From an uncultured virus (IMG/VR IMGVR_UViG_3300018005_000013) (Duplodnaviria > Heunggongvirae > Uroviricota > Caudoviricetes): a DNA stretch of 64,000 bases. Positions 9,895 to 20,023 of this stretch are shown in pieces. Each line of letters opens with the position of its first letter. The first letter of the stretch is position 1. Location of the stretch: the IMG/VR virus record IMGVR_UViG_3300018005_000013; one strand, 5' to 3'. The position numbers and the translations under genes were made by a program. The notes below the pieces were generated by a model. The model was given only the letters and a program-made list of their open reading frames with translations. It ran no database searches and had not been told where the DNA came from.

Positions 9895-10581
9895 TCACCA
9901 CTTCAGCGGGCGGCGGTGCTTGAGGTGCCGCACCAGCCGGACAATGTAGTTGGAAATTGGCGTCTGCCCAAACACGCTCGGCTGCAGCGGGACCCGCGTC
10001 TCGCTGTACCCAAACATGCCATGCGCTTGCACCCCTGGATCGCCCGGGCCGCCCTCGTTCGCCCCCGGGTCCACGATCTCGTTGAGCGCCACTTGGGCCG
10101 CCAGTGCCAGCGCCAGGTGGAGCGAAGTGTCCAGGGCCGCCGTGCCTGTCGGGAGCCCGGCGTCTACCGTCACCTCTACTTGGTAAAAGGTCCCGGGCGC
10201 GCTGCCGCAGCATCGGCAGAAAAAGGCACTCGTGACGATCACGTCAATCAGGCCCCAGCCCTCGCGGATCATGGCGCAGGCGGGGTTGTCGGAGAGGTCG
10301 CAGCAGCACAGACAGTCCAGCGACTTCGCCACTACCTGCGGAATGGCAATCACGTAGTCATAGGGCAACCGGTAGATTTCCGGGATGTTGTTCCACGTGA
10401 AACTTCCCGTCACCCGCGTCGGCAGCAGGAAGGTTTGAAGGTGCTGCATCATCTCCTGCTCGGCAATCAAGTAGGCCGCGTCCCGCTGCTGCGACGTGCC
10501 GCTATTCACGCAGGTCGGCACGTACCCGAAAAACATCGCGTCGTCCAGGATTACCGGCGAGAGATGGTTGTAAAGGAACAC
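9895..10581 (-). CDS. Head-tail adaptor (connector) protein, Cys-rich
   Basis: VEVTVDAG and FGYSETR motifs; first gene of the head-tail joining block; contains CLCCC and CRCC. Confidence 0.65.
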   Translation of the reverse strand: MFLYNHLSPVILDDAMFFGYVPTCVNSGTSQQRDAAYLIAEQEMMQHLQTFLLPTRVTGSFTWNNIPEIYRLPYDYVIAIPQVVAKSLDCLCCCDLSDNPACAMIREGWGLIDVIVTSAFFCRCCGSAPGTFYQVEVTVDAGLPTGTAALDTSLHLALALAAQVALNEIVDPGANEGGPGDPGVQAHGMFGYSETRVPLQPSVFGQTPISNYIVRLVRHLKHRRPLKW

Positions 10582-10593
10582 GGTCCCTCCGGC

Positions 10594-10899
10594 CTAGTGT
10601 TGGCCAAGCCTTAGAATCTTCTCGGCGGCCTTTAGGTCCTCAGCCGTCCCCTTACGCAGACCGATCCCAGCCGCCTGCTGCTCCACTGCCCGGATCGAGT
10701 TCAGGGCCACGTACCTGAGATACTCGGAGGCGGCCAGGAGCATGAACGGGTCAATGGGCCCTACGAACTGCATCCCACCCACTTGCGCCGTGTTCCCGAC
10801 AAAACGCACCATCAATCTGGCGTCCGTGGTCGCGGGCACATACCTCGCATCGGGCGGAGGCGCGGCTTGACCACCGTTAGGACTCGGTTGCTCGGTCAT
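10594..10899 (-). CDS. Hypothetical protein
   Basis: 101 aa with RBS GGGAGG. Confidence 0.6.
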   Translation of the reverse strand: MTEQPSPNGGQAAPPPDARYVPATTDARLMVRFVGNTAQVGGMQFVGPIDPFMLLAASEYLRYVALNSIRAVEQQAAGIGLRKGTAEDLKAAEKILRLGQH

Positions 10900-11034
10900 G
10901 GCTTACCCTCCCAAATTGTAGGGGTTGCGAGGCTACTTGGTAAGCATAAACGCACCCCCGCCAGGAAAATGCCCCAGAGCGGGTCCTACGTCCCAGCAGG
11001 GGATGCTAGGCCGCGTTTTGCTCGAATCTCGTGC

Positions 11035-11553
11035 CTACCCCCCGGATTTGCCCACGGCGGGGGGTTCCAGGACGTTCAGCCGGGCGAAGGCACCGAAATA
11101 CCGGCTGGCGGCTCGGTTATAGGCCAGGGCCGCCTCCTGCGGGGTCCTGTAGTTGCCGAGGGCGAATTGCTTACCGTGGCAGCATATCTTGGCCCGCCAT
11201 CTCCTGGCCCAGCGGTCGAACCAGACGCCCTTGTACCCGGATACGTTGTCCCGGTGTCGACTCCCGTTCCATTTGTTCTGCGCTGCCGTGCAAATCCGCA
11301 AGTTAGACCGTCGGTTGTCCATGCGATTGCCGTTGATGTGGTCAACCTGCTCACCGGGGCGCGCCCCCATGATGACCCGGTGCATCAGGATGACCCCGCG
11401 CCCATGGACCCGGCTCCCGGACCGGTGCGCCGCGCAAGGGGGCCGGTTGCCACCCAAGGCATGCCACGGGCCCTTGGCCCGGACCAGCGCCTCGTCTGCG
11501 TCGTCGATCAGCGCCGTCATGCCGCCCCTGCCCAGAGGAATGGCAATCGTCAT
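11035..11553 (-). CDS. HNH endonuclease with C-terminal AP2 domain (homing endonuclease-like)
   Basis: MHRVIM..VDHINGNRMDNRRSNLR (HNH) plus SGYKGV..WRAKI..LGNY.T.QEAALAYN (AP2). Confidence 0.95.
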   Translation of the reverse strand: MTIAIPLGRGGMTALIDDADEALVRAKGPWHALGGNRPPCAAHRSGSRVHGRGVILMHRVIMGARPGEQVDHINGNRMDNRRSNLRICTAAQNKWNGSRHRDNVSGYKGVWFDRWARRWRAKICCHGKQFALGNYRTPQEAALAYNRAASRYFGAFARLNVLEPPAVGKSGG

Positions 11554-11557
11554 GGCC

Positions 11558-12475
11558 TCACCAGTATCGGAACTCGTCCCACAGGAGCCTCTGCTGCCAG
11601 CGGCTCTTGAAGGCCATCGAGTTCATCATCAGGTTGAAACCCTGCTTGCCCGCTCCCTTGACGATAGAGCCGCCGACGAAGTGCGTGCCGACCGCCGCCG
11701 GGTCGAACAGGATGCGGCTGCCGCCCTCGCGGACCTTGAAGCAGTAGTCCATGTCCTCATATGTCCCCGCCCCGAAGATCGGGTCCATTCCCCGATAGGC
11801 GTTCCAGAGGGACCGTCGAGTGATAAAGAGGGCTCCCGTCACCGCCGCCATCTCCCGCCGCCGATTGACCCGCGGGTTGTCGGGCGACCAGGAGATGAAG
11901 ACGTGAAATGGGTCGCCGCGGATGTTGAAGGCGATGCCCGCATGTTGGACCTTTCCGGGTGGCCCGTGCGGGCTCTCGCCCGTTGGAAATACCAGCTTGA
12001 CGCCCACGACGCCGATCCCCGGCTCGTCCATGTCCTTGACGACGTGTTGGAGGCTGGCTGGGTCCATGACCACGTCAGCCGTGTACACAAGAATGAGCGG
12101 CGCGGCCCCCTTCGATGCAGCTACGTTCAGCGCCCCGCCGTACCCAATGTTCTTGTCCAGGCGAATGAAAATGTCCTGCGGGCGCATGAGAGCCCGAAAC
12201 CCCTGGGCCTGCTGGGCCGCCGCGATGACCTGGCCGGACGGGTCCGTGAAATCGGGTGTGCCGTTGTCCACGACGACCACCCGATAGGGCTCACCCACGC
12301 CCTGAAACGCAGGCGCGATGGAGGCGTAGGCCTTCTCGGCCAGAATCCACTCGCCGTAGACCGGCATCAGCACGTCCACTAGGTTGCCCCCGCTGGCCCA
12401 CTTGCGGTACGTGTCGCTGACGGGCAGGACGGTGGGTCCGCCCTGCGGGATTCGGTTGCGGCGTCGGTGGCTCAT
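11558..12475 (-). CDS. Glycosyltransferase family 2
   Basis: VDVLMPVY, VVVDNG, NIGYGGALN, AVTGA, YEDMDYC. Confidence 0.92.
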   Translation of the reverse strand: MSHRRRNRIPQGGPTVLPVSDTYRKWASGGNLVDVLMPVYGEWILAEKAYASIAPAFQGVGEPYRVVVVDNGTPDFTDPSGQVIAAAQQAQGFRALMRPQDIFIRLDKNIGYGGALNVAASKGAAPLILVYTADVVMDPASLQHVVKDMDEPGIGVVGVKLVFPTGESPHGPPGKVQHAGIAFNIRGDPFHVFISWSPDNPRVNRRREMAAVTGALFITRRSLWNAYRGMDPIFGAGTYEDMDYCFKVREGGSRILFDPAAVGTHFVGGSIVKGAGKQGFNLMMNSMAFKSRWQQRLLWDEFRYW

Positions 12476-13743
12476 TCTGCCTCCCCCGGAACCCGCATCT
12501 GGGGCTCCTGAATAGGAATGGCGTGCGGGATCGTGACCGGGCGGGCGTCCTGCCGCTCGACGACGGTCGGGACGCCGTTGCGCGCCGTCATGGCCCTCGA
12601 AATCTCATTGTTGAGCAATTCCCCGGCGGCGCTCCATGGCCTGTCTGCGATGTAGGCTTGCGCCCGGTCCAGGATGCCCGCCAGGGCGGGCGTGCCGCGC
12701 ATGCGGTAGACGCGCTCAAGCTGGTCGGCGGCATGCACGGGGTCGATGTAGTGCCGGATCGAGTTGCCCCAGGGGTCCATGTGGTGCCAGCGCACCCGGA
12801 TTGGAAATCCTCGCGTGGCCTTCGCGCTGCCGGGCTCGCAAAGGTGCTCGTGGAGCGAGGTGCAGTCCGTCACCACGATAGGCAGGCGGCTGGCCATGGC
12901 CTCCAGGACGGGCAAGCAGCAGCCCTCGGCTTTCGAGGTCAGAAGAAAAGCGTCGGAGGTGGCATGGAGCAGCCAGAGACGGTCGTGGGCGATTCCGCGC
13001 TCATACTTGAGCATGCTGTCCTGAATGGCAAAGTCTGCGGCCAGGTCGTCCAGGTTCCAGCCGACGAAGGCGTTGACGCGGGTGACGACGCTCCACCGGA
13101 CCTTGATTCCCCGCCCGACCAGAATGGAAATCGCCTCGGCGGCTGCGCTGAGATTCTTGCGCTCCTGGTTGTCGGCAACGGTCAGGACGTGGAACACGTC
13201 ATCGCCAAAGTCCAGCGCCTTGCGCATGGAGGCGCGCTCCTCTGGCCTGGGGGGCCGCCAGGCCTCCATGTCCACGCCGACGCGCAGATGCTCGGCGGTG
13301 ATGCCCGCGTCGCGCAGCGCCCCCTTGCCGAACTCGCTGATGACAAGGCGCGAGGACATACTTGCCACAATCGCCGCCCAACTGCGCCGGACCGGGCCCG
13401 ACTCGACCGGGAAGATTCCGATATAGGGCCAGCGCCCGTTCACTAGCCGGAGCCCCTGCTGATGGTGGGGAATGTCCAGCGCAATGACAATCGCCTCGAT
13501 TGCCTCGTGCTGGCCCTTCTGGCCCAGGGCGTCGAAGTTATTGACCATGGCGCTGACGCCCTGCCAGGCCGCGTTGGGGTCCACCGGGATGATCTGGAAG
13601 GGCCAGGAGTGCTCGGCCCCATCGTAGCCGATGCCCAGGACCGTCAGGTTGCGCCCACGGGCGTGGAGTTCGCTCGAGAGAGCGATGGCGATGTTCAGGT
13701 AGCCGGACCCGTGCAGGTCCAGGTCTGAGACGAGGAGGATCAT
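12472..13743 (-). CDS. Glycosyltransferase family 4 (GT-B)
   Basis: NQERKN and SKAEGCCLPVLEAMA (EX7E); ATGA overlap start at 13743. Confidence 0.9.
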   Translation of the reverse strand: MILLVSDLDLHGSGYLNIAIALSSELHARGRNLTVLGIGYDGAEHSWPFQIIPVDPNAAWQGVSAMVNNFDALGQKGQHEAIEAIVIALDIPHHQQGLRLVNGRWPYIGIFPVESGPVRRSWAAIVASMSSRLVISEFGKGALRDAGITAEHLRVGVDMEAWRPPRPEERASMRKALDFGDDVFHVLTVADNQERKNLSAAAEAISILVGRGIKVRWSVVTRVNAFVGWNLDDLAADFAIQDSMLKYERGIAHDRLWLLHATSDAFLLTSKAEGCCLPVLEAMASRLPIVVTDCTSLHEHLCEPGSAKATRGFPIRVRWHHMDPWGNSIRHYIDPVHAADQLERVYRMRGTPALAGILDRAQAYIADRPWSAAGELLNNEISRAMTARNGVPTVVERQDARPVTIPHAIPIQEPQMRVPGEAE

Positions 13744-14801
13744 GGGTTTGCCTTTCCGTTGGAAATCATGTCTTCCCACTGCGCCGCGATCACGTTCCAG
13801 TCGAACCGGCGGCGGGCCGTCTCCATCATCTTGGCCCGGCTGGCGTCCATGTACTGCCTATCCGTGCTCAGCAACCCGGCCACCCGGCTGGCAAAGGCGG
13901 TGATGTAATCCGTGTTGCCGGGGTGCTTGGGCGCGCCGGGCACGCCCGGAATGATAATCCCGGAGGTGTTGGTCGTGGGTAGGGCCCCGGCCTCGGTCGT
14001 GACCGGCATGGCCCCCGCAACCTGGCACTCTGCCACGCTGATGCAGAAAAGCTCGTCGTACACGCAGGGATAGGGCTGGAGTTCGGCCTCCATCTGCAGC
14101 CGAACGAGTTGCGAGCGAGGCACCAGGCCATAGAAGGTGACGCCGGGCTGGCCCGCCCAGGCCAGGCGGTGCCGCTCGTTGTTGGCGGGGGCGTCCCACA
14201 TGCGGTAGTCGGCGGTGATGCTGAGGGTCGCGTCCGGCACGGTCTGGCGGATGACCTGGTAGGCGGGCAGCAAGAACTCGAGCCCGCGGTCGGGCATGGA
14301 GCAGTAGATCATGCGGTTGCGGACGCGCTCGGGCGGGTTGACATACTCCTGCAAGCGCACGCCCAGGTCGAGCACCGTAATCTTGGCCGCGTCGATGTGA
14401 TAGGTGTCCAGGAAGTATTGCCGGTGGTGCGGCGAGATGCAGACGATCCGGTCTACCAGCCTACCCAGCGCCGGATAATCTCCGATGGTCCACTGGTCGC
14501 AGGACCACCAGATTTTCAGGCCCGAGGTGCGGTGATCGACCATCGGGTTGGGTGCCCGGAAGAGGATGACCGCATCCCGGGGTTCCGGGGCACGGAAATC
14601 CCTGTGATGGTGGTACTCGACGCCGTTGTAAGTGCCAGGCGCTCTCGGGTTGTTGTACACGCGGACGCTGTGGCCGCGCTCCGAGAACGTCTGCATGAGC
14701 GTCATCATCGCCAGTTCCGAGCCGCCCACGCCTCGCTGCTCGATGTCGAGGGGGATGACCTTCAGCGGGCTGCCGTGCGTCCCAATCAGATCAATTTTCA
14801 T
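13740..14801 (-). CDS. Glycosyltransferase family 4 (GT-B)
   Basis: GVGGSE, SMPDRGL, ELFCISVAECQVAG. Confidence 0.9.
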   Translation of the reverse strand: MKIDLIGTHGSPLKVIPLDIEQRGVGGSELAMMTLMQTFSERGHSVRVYNNPRAPGTYNGVEYHHHRDFRAPEPRDAVILFRAPNPMVDHRTSGLKIWWSCDQWTIGDYPALGRLVDRIVCISPHHRQYFLDTYHIDAAKITVLDLGVRLQEYVNPPERVRNRMIYCSMPDRGLEFLLPAYQVIRQTVPDATLSITADYRMWDAPANNERHRLAWAGQPGVTFYGLVPRSQLVRLQMEAELQPYPCVYDELFCISVAECQVAGAMPVTTEAGALPTTNTSGIIIPGVPGAPKHPGNTDYITAFASRVAGLLSTDRQYMDASRAKMMETARRRFDWNVIAAQWEDMISNGKANP

Positions 14802-16095
14802 CTGTGACCGCCTTCACGAGTTTCTCCGCCATGTAGTCGATGGCCTCCGCCGGGATTCCCGGCCAGACCCCCAGCCAGAAGGTGTCGCGCAGGATGCGAG
14901 AGGTATTCGGGAGCGGGCCGATGGACCGGACGACCCGGTGCTCAAGGGCCGGGTGCGCCCGCATGTCGCCCGCGAACAGCATGCGGGTGTCGATGTTGGC
15001 CGCCTGGAGCCGCTGGATCACCAGCGCCCGGGGTGGCGCTCCCGGTCCGAGGGTGATTGGAAATCCGAACCACGAGGGCGCGCTGAGTTCCGTGGCCCTG
15101 GGCAAGATGACGCGCTCATTGGCCGAGACGCTCTGTAGGTGCCCGAAAAGCCTGGCAAAGTTCATGCGCCGGGCGGTGCGGAATTGCTCGACCTTCTCCA
15201 TTTGGCCCAGGCCGATGGCGGCCTGCATCTCCGTCGCCTTGAGATTGTAGCCGAGTCGGCTATATACGTACTTGTGGTCAAATCCGGGCGGCAGAAGTGG
15301 AAAAGCCTGGTCGAACCGCTTGCCGCACGTGTCCGCGGCCCCGGGTTCGCACCAGCAGTCGCGCCCCCAGTCGCGCAGACTCAGGGCCACCTTCGTAAGG
15401 ACGGGCCTGTCCAGGAGCAGGGCCCCGCCCTCGCCGGTGGTAATCTGGTGGGCAGGGTAGAAGCTCTGCGTGGCAAAGTCGCCAAAGCTGCCCGTGCGCT
15501 GACCCGCGTGCTGACTGCCCAGGGCGTCGCAGTTGTCCTCGACAATCGCAATCCCGCTGCCCGCCAGCTTCTTGACGATCTCTTTCACGGGCCAGGGATT
15601 GCCGAGGGTATGGGCGAGCACGATCGCGCGAGTATTTTTGCTCACGGCGCTGAGTATTTCGTCGGCTGTGGGGACATAGGTGCTAAGCTCGACGTCGATG
15701 AAGACGGGCGTCGCGCCCATCTGAATGATCGGTGCGACCGTGGTTGGAAATCCGCAGGCGGAGGTGACGACCTCGTCACCGGGCTGAAAGGGTTTGACCG
15801 AATGGATCGTCGCCAGGGCGAGCAGGTTGGCGCTCGAGCCGGAGTTGACCAGCAGCGCGGTCCTCTTGCCAACGTAGCGGGCCAGTCCGGTCTCGAAGGC
15901 CCGCGTGTACCGGCCCCCAGCCAGGCTGCCGTCCAGGATCGCCCCGCTAAGGCAGAAGGCGTCGAGGCGGCTCAGGAGCTTCCCGGTCGTAGGGATCGGT
16001 CTGCCCGGCGTCCAGGTCTCCCGCTCCCAGTGGCGGACGATGATCTCCGCCATCAGGAGTTGGTCCCTCGTCTTCTCTTGCTCCCTCGTCGTCAT
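14791..16095 (-). CDS. rfbH: CDP-4-keto-6-deoxyglucose 3-dehydrase (E1; RfbH/DdhC family, PMP- and Fe-S-dependent)
   Basis: VNSGSSANL, EDNCDALGS, SFYPAHQITTGEGG (His in place of the PLP Lys), RDWGRDCWCEPG..DTC, FDHKYVYS..GYNLK. Confidence 0.92.
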   Translation of the reverse strand: MTTREQEKTRDQLLMAEIIVRHWERETWTPGRPIPTTGKLLSRLDAFCLSGAILDGSLAGGRYTRAFETGLARYVGKRTALLVNSGSSANLLALATIHSVKPFQPGDEVVTSACGFPTTVAPIIQMGATPVFIDVELSTYVPTADEILSAVSKNTRAIVLAHTLGNPWPVKEIVKKLAGSGIAIVEDNCDALGSQHAGQRTGSFGDFATQSFYPAHQITTGEGGALLLDRPVLTKVALSLRDWGRDCWCEPGAADTCGKRFDQAFPLLPPGFDHKYVYSRLGYNLKATEMQAAIGLGQMEKVEQFRTARRMNFARLFGHLQSVSANERVILPRATELSAPSWFGFPITLGPGAPPRALVIQRLQAANIDTRMLFAGDMRAHPALEHRVVRSIGPLPNTSRILRDTFWLGVWPGIPAEAIDYMAEKLVKAVTDEN

Positions 16096-16435
16096 CTTCC
16101 ACTCCCTCTTCCACCAGCGCCGCCGCTTCCTCGAGAGATTCCGCGAAGTCCGCATCGGCCAGCGCCGCCGCCACAAAGTCCTCCTTGAGCGGCGAAATGA
16201 AAATAATGTCCGGGTCGTCCCGCTCGCCGCGCAGCCGCTCCAGTTCCAGGTAGGTGTCCTTTGGCTCCTGGCCCACTGTGACAACCGGGACCGTGTCCTC
16301 GAGCGCCCACCAGTCCGACACGCGCTTCCAGTCGGGCCGCGCAAAAATGACCAGGTGCGCCGACCCGTCCACCAGGTCCGCCGCGGCGCTCAAACTCAGG
16401 CCGTCTGCCGCGCCGTCGCGCAGAACGAGTATCAC
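15947..16435 (-). CDS. Hypothetical acidic protein
   Basis: GTGA overlap with upstream gene; 3' end overlaps rfbH-like gene by about 150 nt. Confidence 0.5.
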   Translation of the reverse strand: MILVLRDGAADGLSLSAAADLVDGSAHLVIFARPDWKRVSDWWALEDTVPVVTVGQEPKDTYLELERLRGERDDPDIIFISPLKEDFVAAALADADFAESLEEAAALVEEGVEDDDEGAREDEGPTPDGGDHRPPLGAGDLDAGQTDPYDREAPEPPRRLLP

Positions 16436-16935
16436 CCGCCCCCCTTGTAAGGACCCCAGTCAAATGGAAATGTGTTCGGCGGCACGCGGATAATCTCGCT
16501 GGGGTCGTGCACCAGGTCCGGGCAATTGACGATGGTCGCATGGTCATCCGTTAGGGTCACTGGGAGCCGGAATCCGTTCCAGATGCCCGGAGGAATGGTC
16601 ACGGCGCGGTACCACTCCCCCTGCGACCGCAGGCGAATCTTCCCGCTCTTGAAGCCCGTCCCATCAGCCCTGGCGAAGCGCGAGTCGTAGAGGCCCAGGT
16701 CCACGGCCCCGGAAACGCAGACGTAGCGCAGGGTCATGCGCTTGTGGAGATGCCAGGCCTTGACGTAGTCGCGGTAGACGTTGCTGGCGTAGACCTCGCC
16801 GATGACCAACGGGCCGCCCATCTCGGGTGCACCCAGTAGTTGCACCCAACCGCGGTCGTCGTCGATCCAGGGCAGGTCCCAGACCATGACACCTGGCATG
16901 CCCAGAGCATCCGCGAGATAAAGGGTCGCTTTCAC
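16432..16935 (-). CDS. NDP-4-keto-6-deoxyhexose 3,5-epimerase (RmlC-like cupin)
   Basis: DDRGW, VKAWHLH, IPPGIWNGF. Confidence 0.85.
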   Translation of the reverse strand: MKATLYLADALGMPGVMVWDLPWIDDDRGWVQLLGAPEMGGPLVIGEVYASNVYRDYVKAWHLHKRMTLRYVCVSGAVDLGLYDSRFARADGTGFKSGKIRLRSQGEWYRAVTIPPGIWNGFRLPVTLTDDHATIVNCPDLVHDPSEIIRVPPNTFPFDWGPYKGGG

Positions 16936-17960
16936 GCTTCCTCCTCATCCTGCCCCAGGTAGGTCCGCATCCAACCTACCGTGCTCTCGAGGCCCTCTTT
17001 CAGCCCAACCACCGGGGACCAGCCCGAATCCTCGCGGAACCGACTGGAGTTCAAGCGCAGAATCCGGGTCTCGTCCCGCGCCTCGTTCAGGATCGTGGGG
17101 TCCAACACCTCGCCGCCCGGAATGAGTCTCTGGAGGGAGCGCACAACGTCCAGAACCCGGTGCGTCTGCCCGTTGGAAATCGTATAGGTGGAACCCACGA
17201 GCGACCCCGCCAGCATCTTCGAGGCCAGGGTCGAATAGGCGCAGGCGATGTCCGCCGCGTAGTTCCACTCCCGGACGTACTCCCCGTCGCTGCGGATGAC
17301 CGGACGCCTGCCCAGCATCAGGGAGCGGATCGTGCCCGGAATCAGCCGGTCCCAACTCACATCCCCCGGCCCGTAGACGTTGCCGCAGCGGGTCACAGAA
17401 ACGGGGACGCCGTATCTCTCCGCGTAGGTCTGGGCGAGGAGGTCCCCCGCTGCCTTGCTGGCGTCGTAGGGATGGCGCGGGCGCAGGGGCGTCTCATCCG
17501 TCGCCTCCACGTCTCCCCAGTCACCGTAGACCTTGTCCGTCGAGGCAATGATAATCGCACTCGGCAGACGAGTGATCCGGCAGGCCTCGAGCACATTGGC
17601 CGTCCCGAGAGCGTTGGCGCGGAAGGCCTGCAGCGGCGCGATCATGCACTCCCCGACCTGGGCCATGGCAGCCAGGTGGACTACCAGGTCGGGCCGCGCC
17701 TCTGCGACCACCCGCATCACGTCGTCGAAACTGGTCACGTCGGCGTGGATCGTCCGCTCCGCGAACCTTGGAATCCCGTGCGCCGTGTATGGCGTGGAGG
17801 GGTCGCCCTCGAAATCGACGGCGAATACCGTGCAGCCGCCAAGGATCAGGGCCTCGCAGACGCTCAGGCCGATGAACCCAGTGCCGCCCAGAACCAGGGC
17901 GCGCACGTCCCCGAACTGTGGCCAGTCGATTGAAAACTCGGCCAGCTTCTCCTCGGGCAA
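16932..17960 (-). CDS. NDP-glucose 4,6-dehydratase (RfbG-like extended SDR)
   Basis: GGTGFIG, HLAAMAQV, STDKVYG, PYDASK, RCGNVYGPGD; probable TTG start at 17960. Confidence 0.88.
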   Translation of the reverse strand: MPEEKLAEFSIDWPQFGDVRALVLGGTGFIGLSVCEALILGGCTVFAVDFEGDPSTPYTAHGIPRFAERTIHADVTSFDDVMRVVAEARPDLVVHLAAMAQVGECMIAPLQAFRANALGTANVLEACRITRLPSAIIIASTDKVYGDWGDVEATDETPLRPRHPYDASKAAGDLLAQTYAERYGVPVSVTRCGNVYGPGDVSWDRLIPGTIRSLMLGRRPVIRSDGEYVREWNYAADIACAYSTLASKMLAGSLVGSTYTISNGQTHRVLDVVRSLQRLIPGGEVLDPTILNEARDETRILRLNSSRFREDSGWSPVVGLKEGLESTVGWMRTYLGQDEEEA

Positions 17961-17961
17961 C

Positions 17962-18675
17962 CTAGTCCCGTTTGCCTGCAAAGCGCCTCCAAGGCGGCGG
18001 ATCGGGGGCGGCGTTGGCCGCCTCGAGGTCCCGCCATGTGTCCACGCATTGGAAATACCCGAAATGCGGGAAGGCCGCAAGTCGGCCTTGCTCCGCCAGG
18101 GCTGGCAGCACGTCCCGCTCTAGCACGCAGGCGTCCCCGGGGATCAGTTCCATGATTTCCTGTTCCATCACGTAGAAGCCGATGTTGACCCAGGTGGAAA
18201 TGATGTCCGCCTTCTCGCCGAAGGACCGCACCAGGCCATCCGCTAGATGCAGGACCCCGAAACGCGAGGTCTGCGGGTGGGCGGTAAGCGTGACCACAAC
18301 CCCGTGTTCCTTGACCATGCGCCGGTGGTGCTCAAGTAGCGCGGCGTAGTTCACGTCAGCCAGCCCGTCGGCGTAGGTAGCCATGAACGTCCACGGTAGG
18401 AGCGCCGACGCCCGCTTGAGCCGACCGCCCGTCTGGGTCTCCTCCCCCGTGTCCAGCACGTGGATTCCGGCCCTGCCCACGAGGGCGGCGACCATCTCCA
18501 ACTTCATGTACCCTGCCAGAACCTCTGCGTCGCAATAGCCCTGGTCACAGTAGGCATCAATCACATGCTCGACCAGGCTCTTGCCCTTCACCGGGACGAG
18601 AGGCTTGGGAAGTTTGCCCTGGGTCTCATCCATAAGCCGGGTGCCCTTGCCGCCCGCCAGGATCGCCACCTTCAT
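17962..18675 (-). CDS. Sugar-1-phosphate nucleotidyltransferase (glucose-1-phosphate cytidylyltransferase, RfbF-like)
   Basis: ILAGGKGTRL, PKPLV, DTGEETQTGGRLKR, TYADGLAD, H.GYFQCVDT.RD. Confidence 0.9.
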   Translation of the reverse strand: MKVAILAGGKGTRLMDETQGKLPKPLVPVKGKSLVEHVIDAYCDQGYCDAEVLAGYMKLEMVAALVGRAGIHVLDTGEETQTGGRLKRASALLPWTFMATYADGLADVNYAALLEHHRRMVKEHGVVVTLTAHPQTSRFGVLHLADGLVRSFGEKADIISTWVNIGFYVMEQEIMELIPGDACVLERDVLPALAEQGRLAAFPHFGYFQCVDTWRDLEAANAAPDPPPWRRFAGKRD

Positions 18676-19094
18676 CTCCATGGCTTCTCTCCGGTGGTCA
18701 TGTGCCTGCCGAAGCCTGTGTCGTGCAAGGAGGCGTGGTAGGCCCAGCACACGAGGAGTTGCTCGTTCGTGCCGGGGTCCTCGAGTCGCGCCTCCGACGG
18801 TCCGACGAGCACCGCCGGACTGCCGCAGGTGCAGGCGGCGAACCAGTGGCCGCGGCCCGTGTGCTTCTTGTCGTCGTTATACAGCGGGTCCAGGTAGATG
18901 AAGTGTTCGCCGTGGTAGTCCGCGGCCCGAACGCTCACCCACTGCCCGGCCTGGACGCTCATCATCTGGGCGGGTGCCACGAAGTACAGGCGCTCCTGCT
19001 TCTCGACGCGCTCCCCCGTCTCTAAGATCGCCCACTTCGGGTCGCCGCGGCGCTTGATAGTGGTAATCCTGGTTCCCTCGAAAGGGTTGCTCAT
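18672..19094 (-). CDS. Hypothetical protein (Cys/His-containing)
   Basis: 140 aa, coupled by ATGA overlaps on both sides. Confidence 0.65.
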   Translation of the reverse strand: MSNPFEGTRITTIKRRGDPKWAILETGERVEKQERLYFVAPAQMMSVQAGQWVSVRAADYHGEHFIYLDPLYNDDKKHTGRGHWFAACTCGSPAVLVGPSEARLEDPGTNEQLLVCWAYHASLHDTGFGRHMTTGEKPWR

Positions 19095-20023
19095 GACTCC
19101 GCCTTGGGCACGAGGCCCGCCGTCTCAAGGATGAATTGGGCCCGGGCGTCCCAGGTGTGCGGCTCGACGGCCGCGCGCGCCCGCCTAGCCAGGGCGTCCA
19201 CCCGATCCGGGTTCTGCGCCAGGGCGACGGCCTTGGCAATCCCCTCGTCCATGGAGGAGAATCCCTCGTAGTGCTCGCCCTCCTTGAAGAACTCGCCCAG
19301 GTCGGGCACGCGGGAGAGCAGCGGCGCGCAGCCGAAGGCCATAAGCTCAAAGGCGCGGGCGTTCAGGTCTTGGGAGGCGGCCCAATCCAGCCCGACCCTC
19401 GTCTGGTGGTAAATGGCGCGAGCTTCCGCGTAGCACGGGCCCGTCGTCTGGATGACCCGCAGGCCCTTGCCGCGCAGGTTCTCCACCAGGCGCGTGCGCT
19501 TGTTATACATCAGCCCGATGCAGGCCGCGTCGTTGGCGCGCTCAGCGGCGGGGACGGGAGAGAACGAGTGCCAGATCGGGTCATAGGCATAGGGCAGATA
19601 GATGTCCTTGCCCGCCATGTAGTGCCTTTGCATGTTGAAAAAGAGGTCGGCTCTCTGGCGCTGGGGAGTGTAGTCCGTCACGTGGGGGTCCGTCGCCACG
19701 ACTGCGTAGAGGCCCGAGGGGCGGCCCTCCGTCTGCATCTGCGCGTTCACCTCGAGCCAAAGGTCGGGCTTCCAGGGCTTGCTCGCCTCGGCCAGGCCGT
19801 AGGAGATGAAGGGCGGCAGGGAGAGCGGGAAGTCGGGCCGATAGACATACCGGGCCGGGATCGTCATGCCGTGCATCCATGGAATCCACTCGCCCGTGTA
19901 CGGGCCGAATGTCCAGAGTTCCACGTCGTCCCGCCGCCGCAGGGCGTCGAGGATGTACCGGCCCATGGCCACCGGATAATAGATCATGGTGAAGGCAATC
20001 TTGATCTTGGCCTTGCGGGTCAC
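19091..20023 (-). CDS. Glycosyltransferase, CgeB-like (GT-B)
   Basis: YLPYAYDP, DLNARAFELMAFG, HTWDARA; GTG start with GGAGG RBS. Confidence 0.85.
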   Translation of the reverse strand: MTRKAKIKIAFTMIYYPVAMGRYILDALRRRDDVELWTFGPYTGEWIPWMHGMTIPARYVYRPDFPLSLPPFISYGLAEASKPWKPDLWLEVNAQMQTEGRPSGLYAVVATDPHVTDYTPQRQRADLFFNMQRHYMAGKDIYLPYAYDPIWHSFSPVPAAERANDAACIGLMYNKRTRLVENLRGKGLRVIQTTGPCYAEARAIYHQTRVGLDWAASQDLNARAFELMAFGCAPLLSRVPDLGEFFKEGEHYEGFSSMDEGIAKAVALAQNPDRVDALARRARAAVEPHTWDARAQFILETAGLVPKAES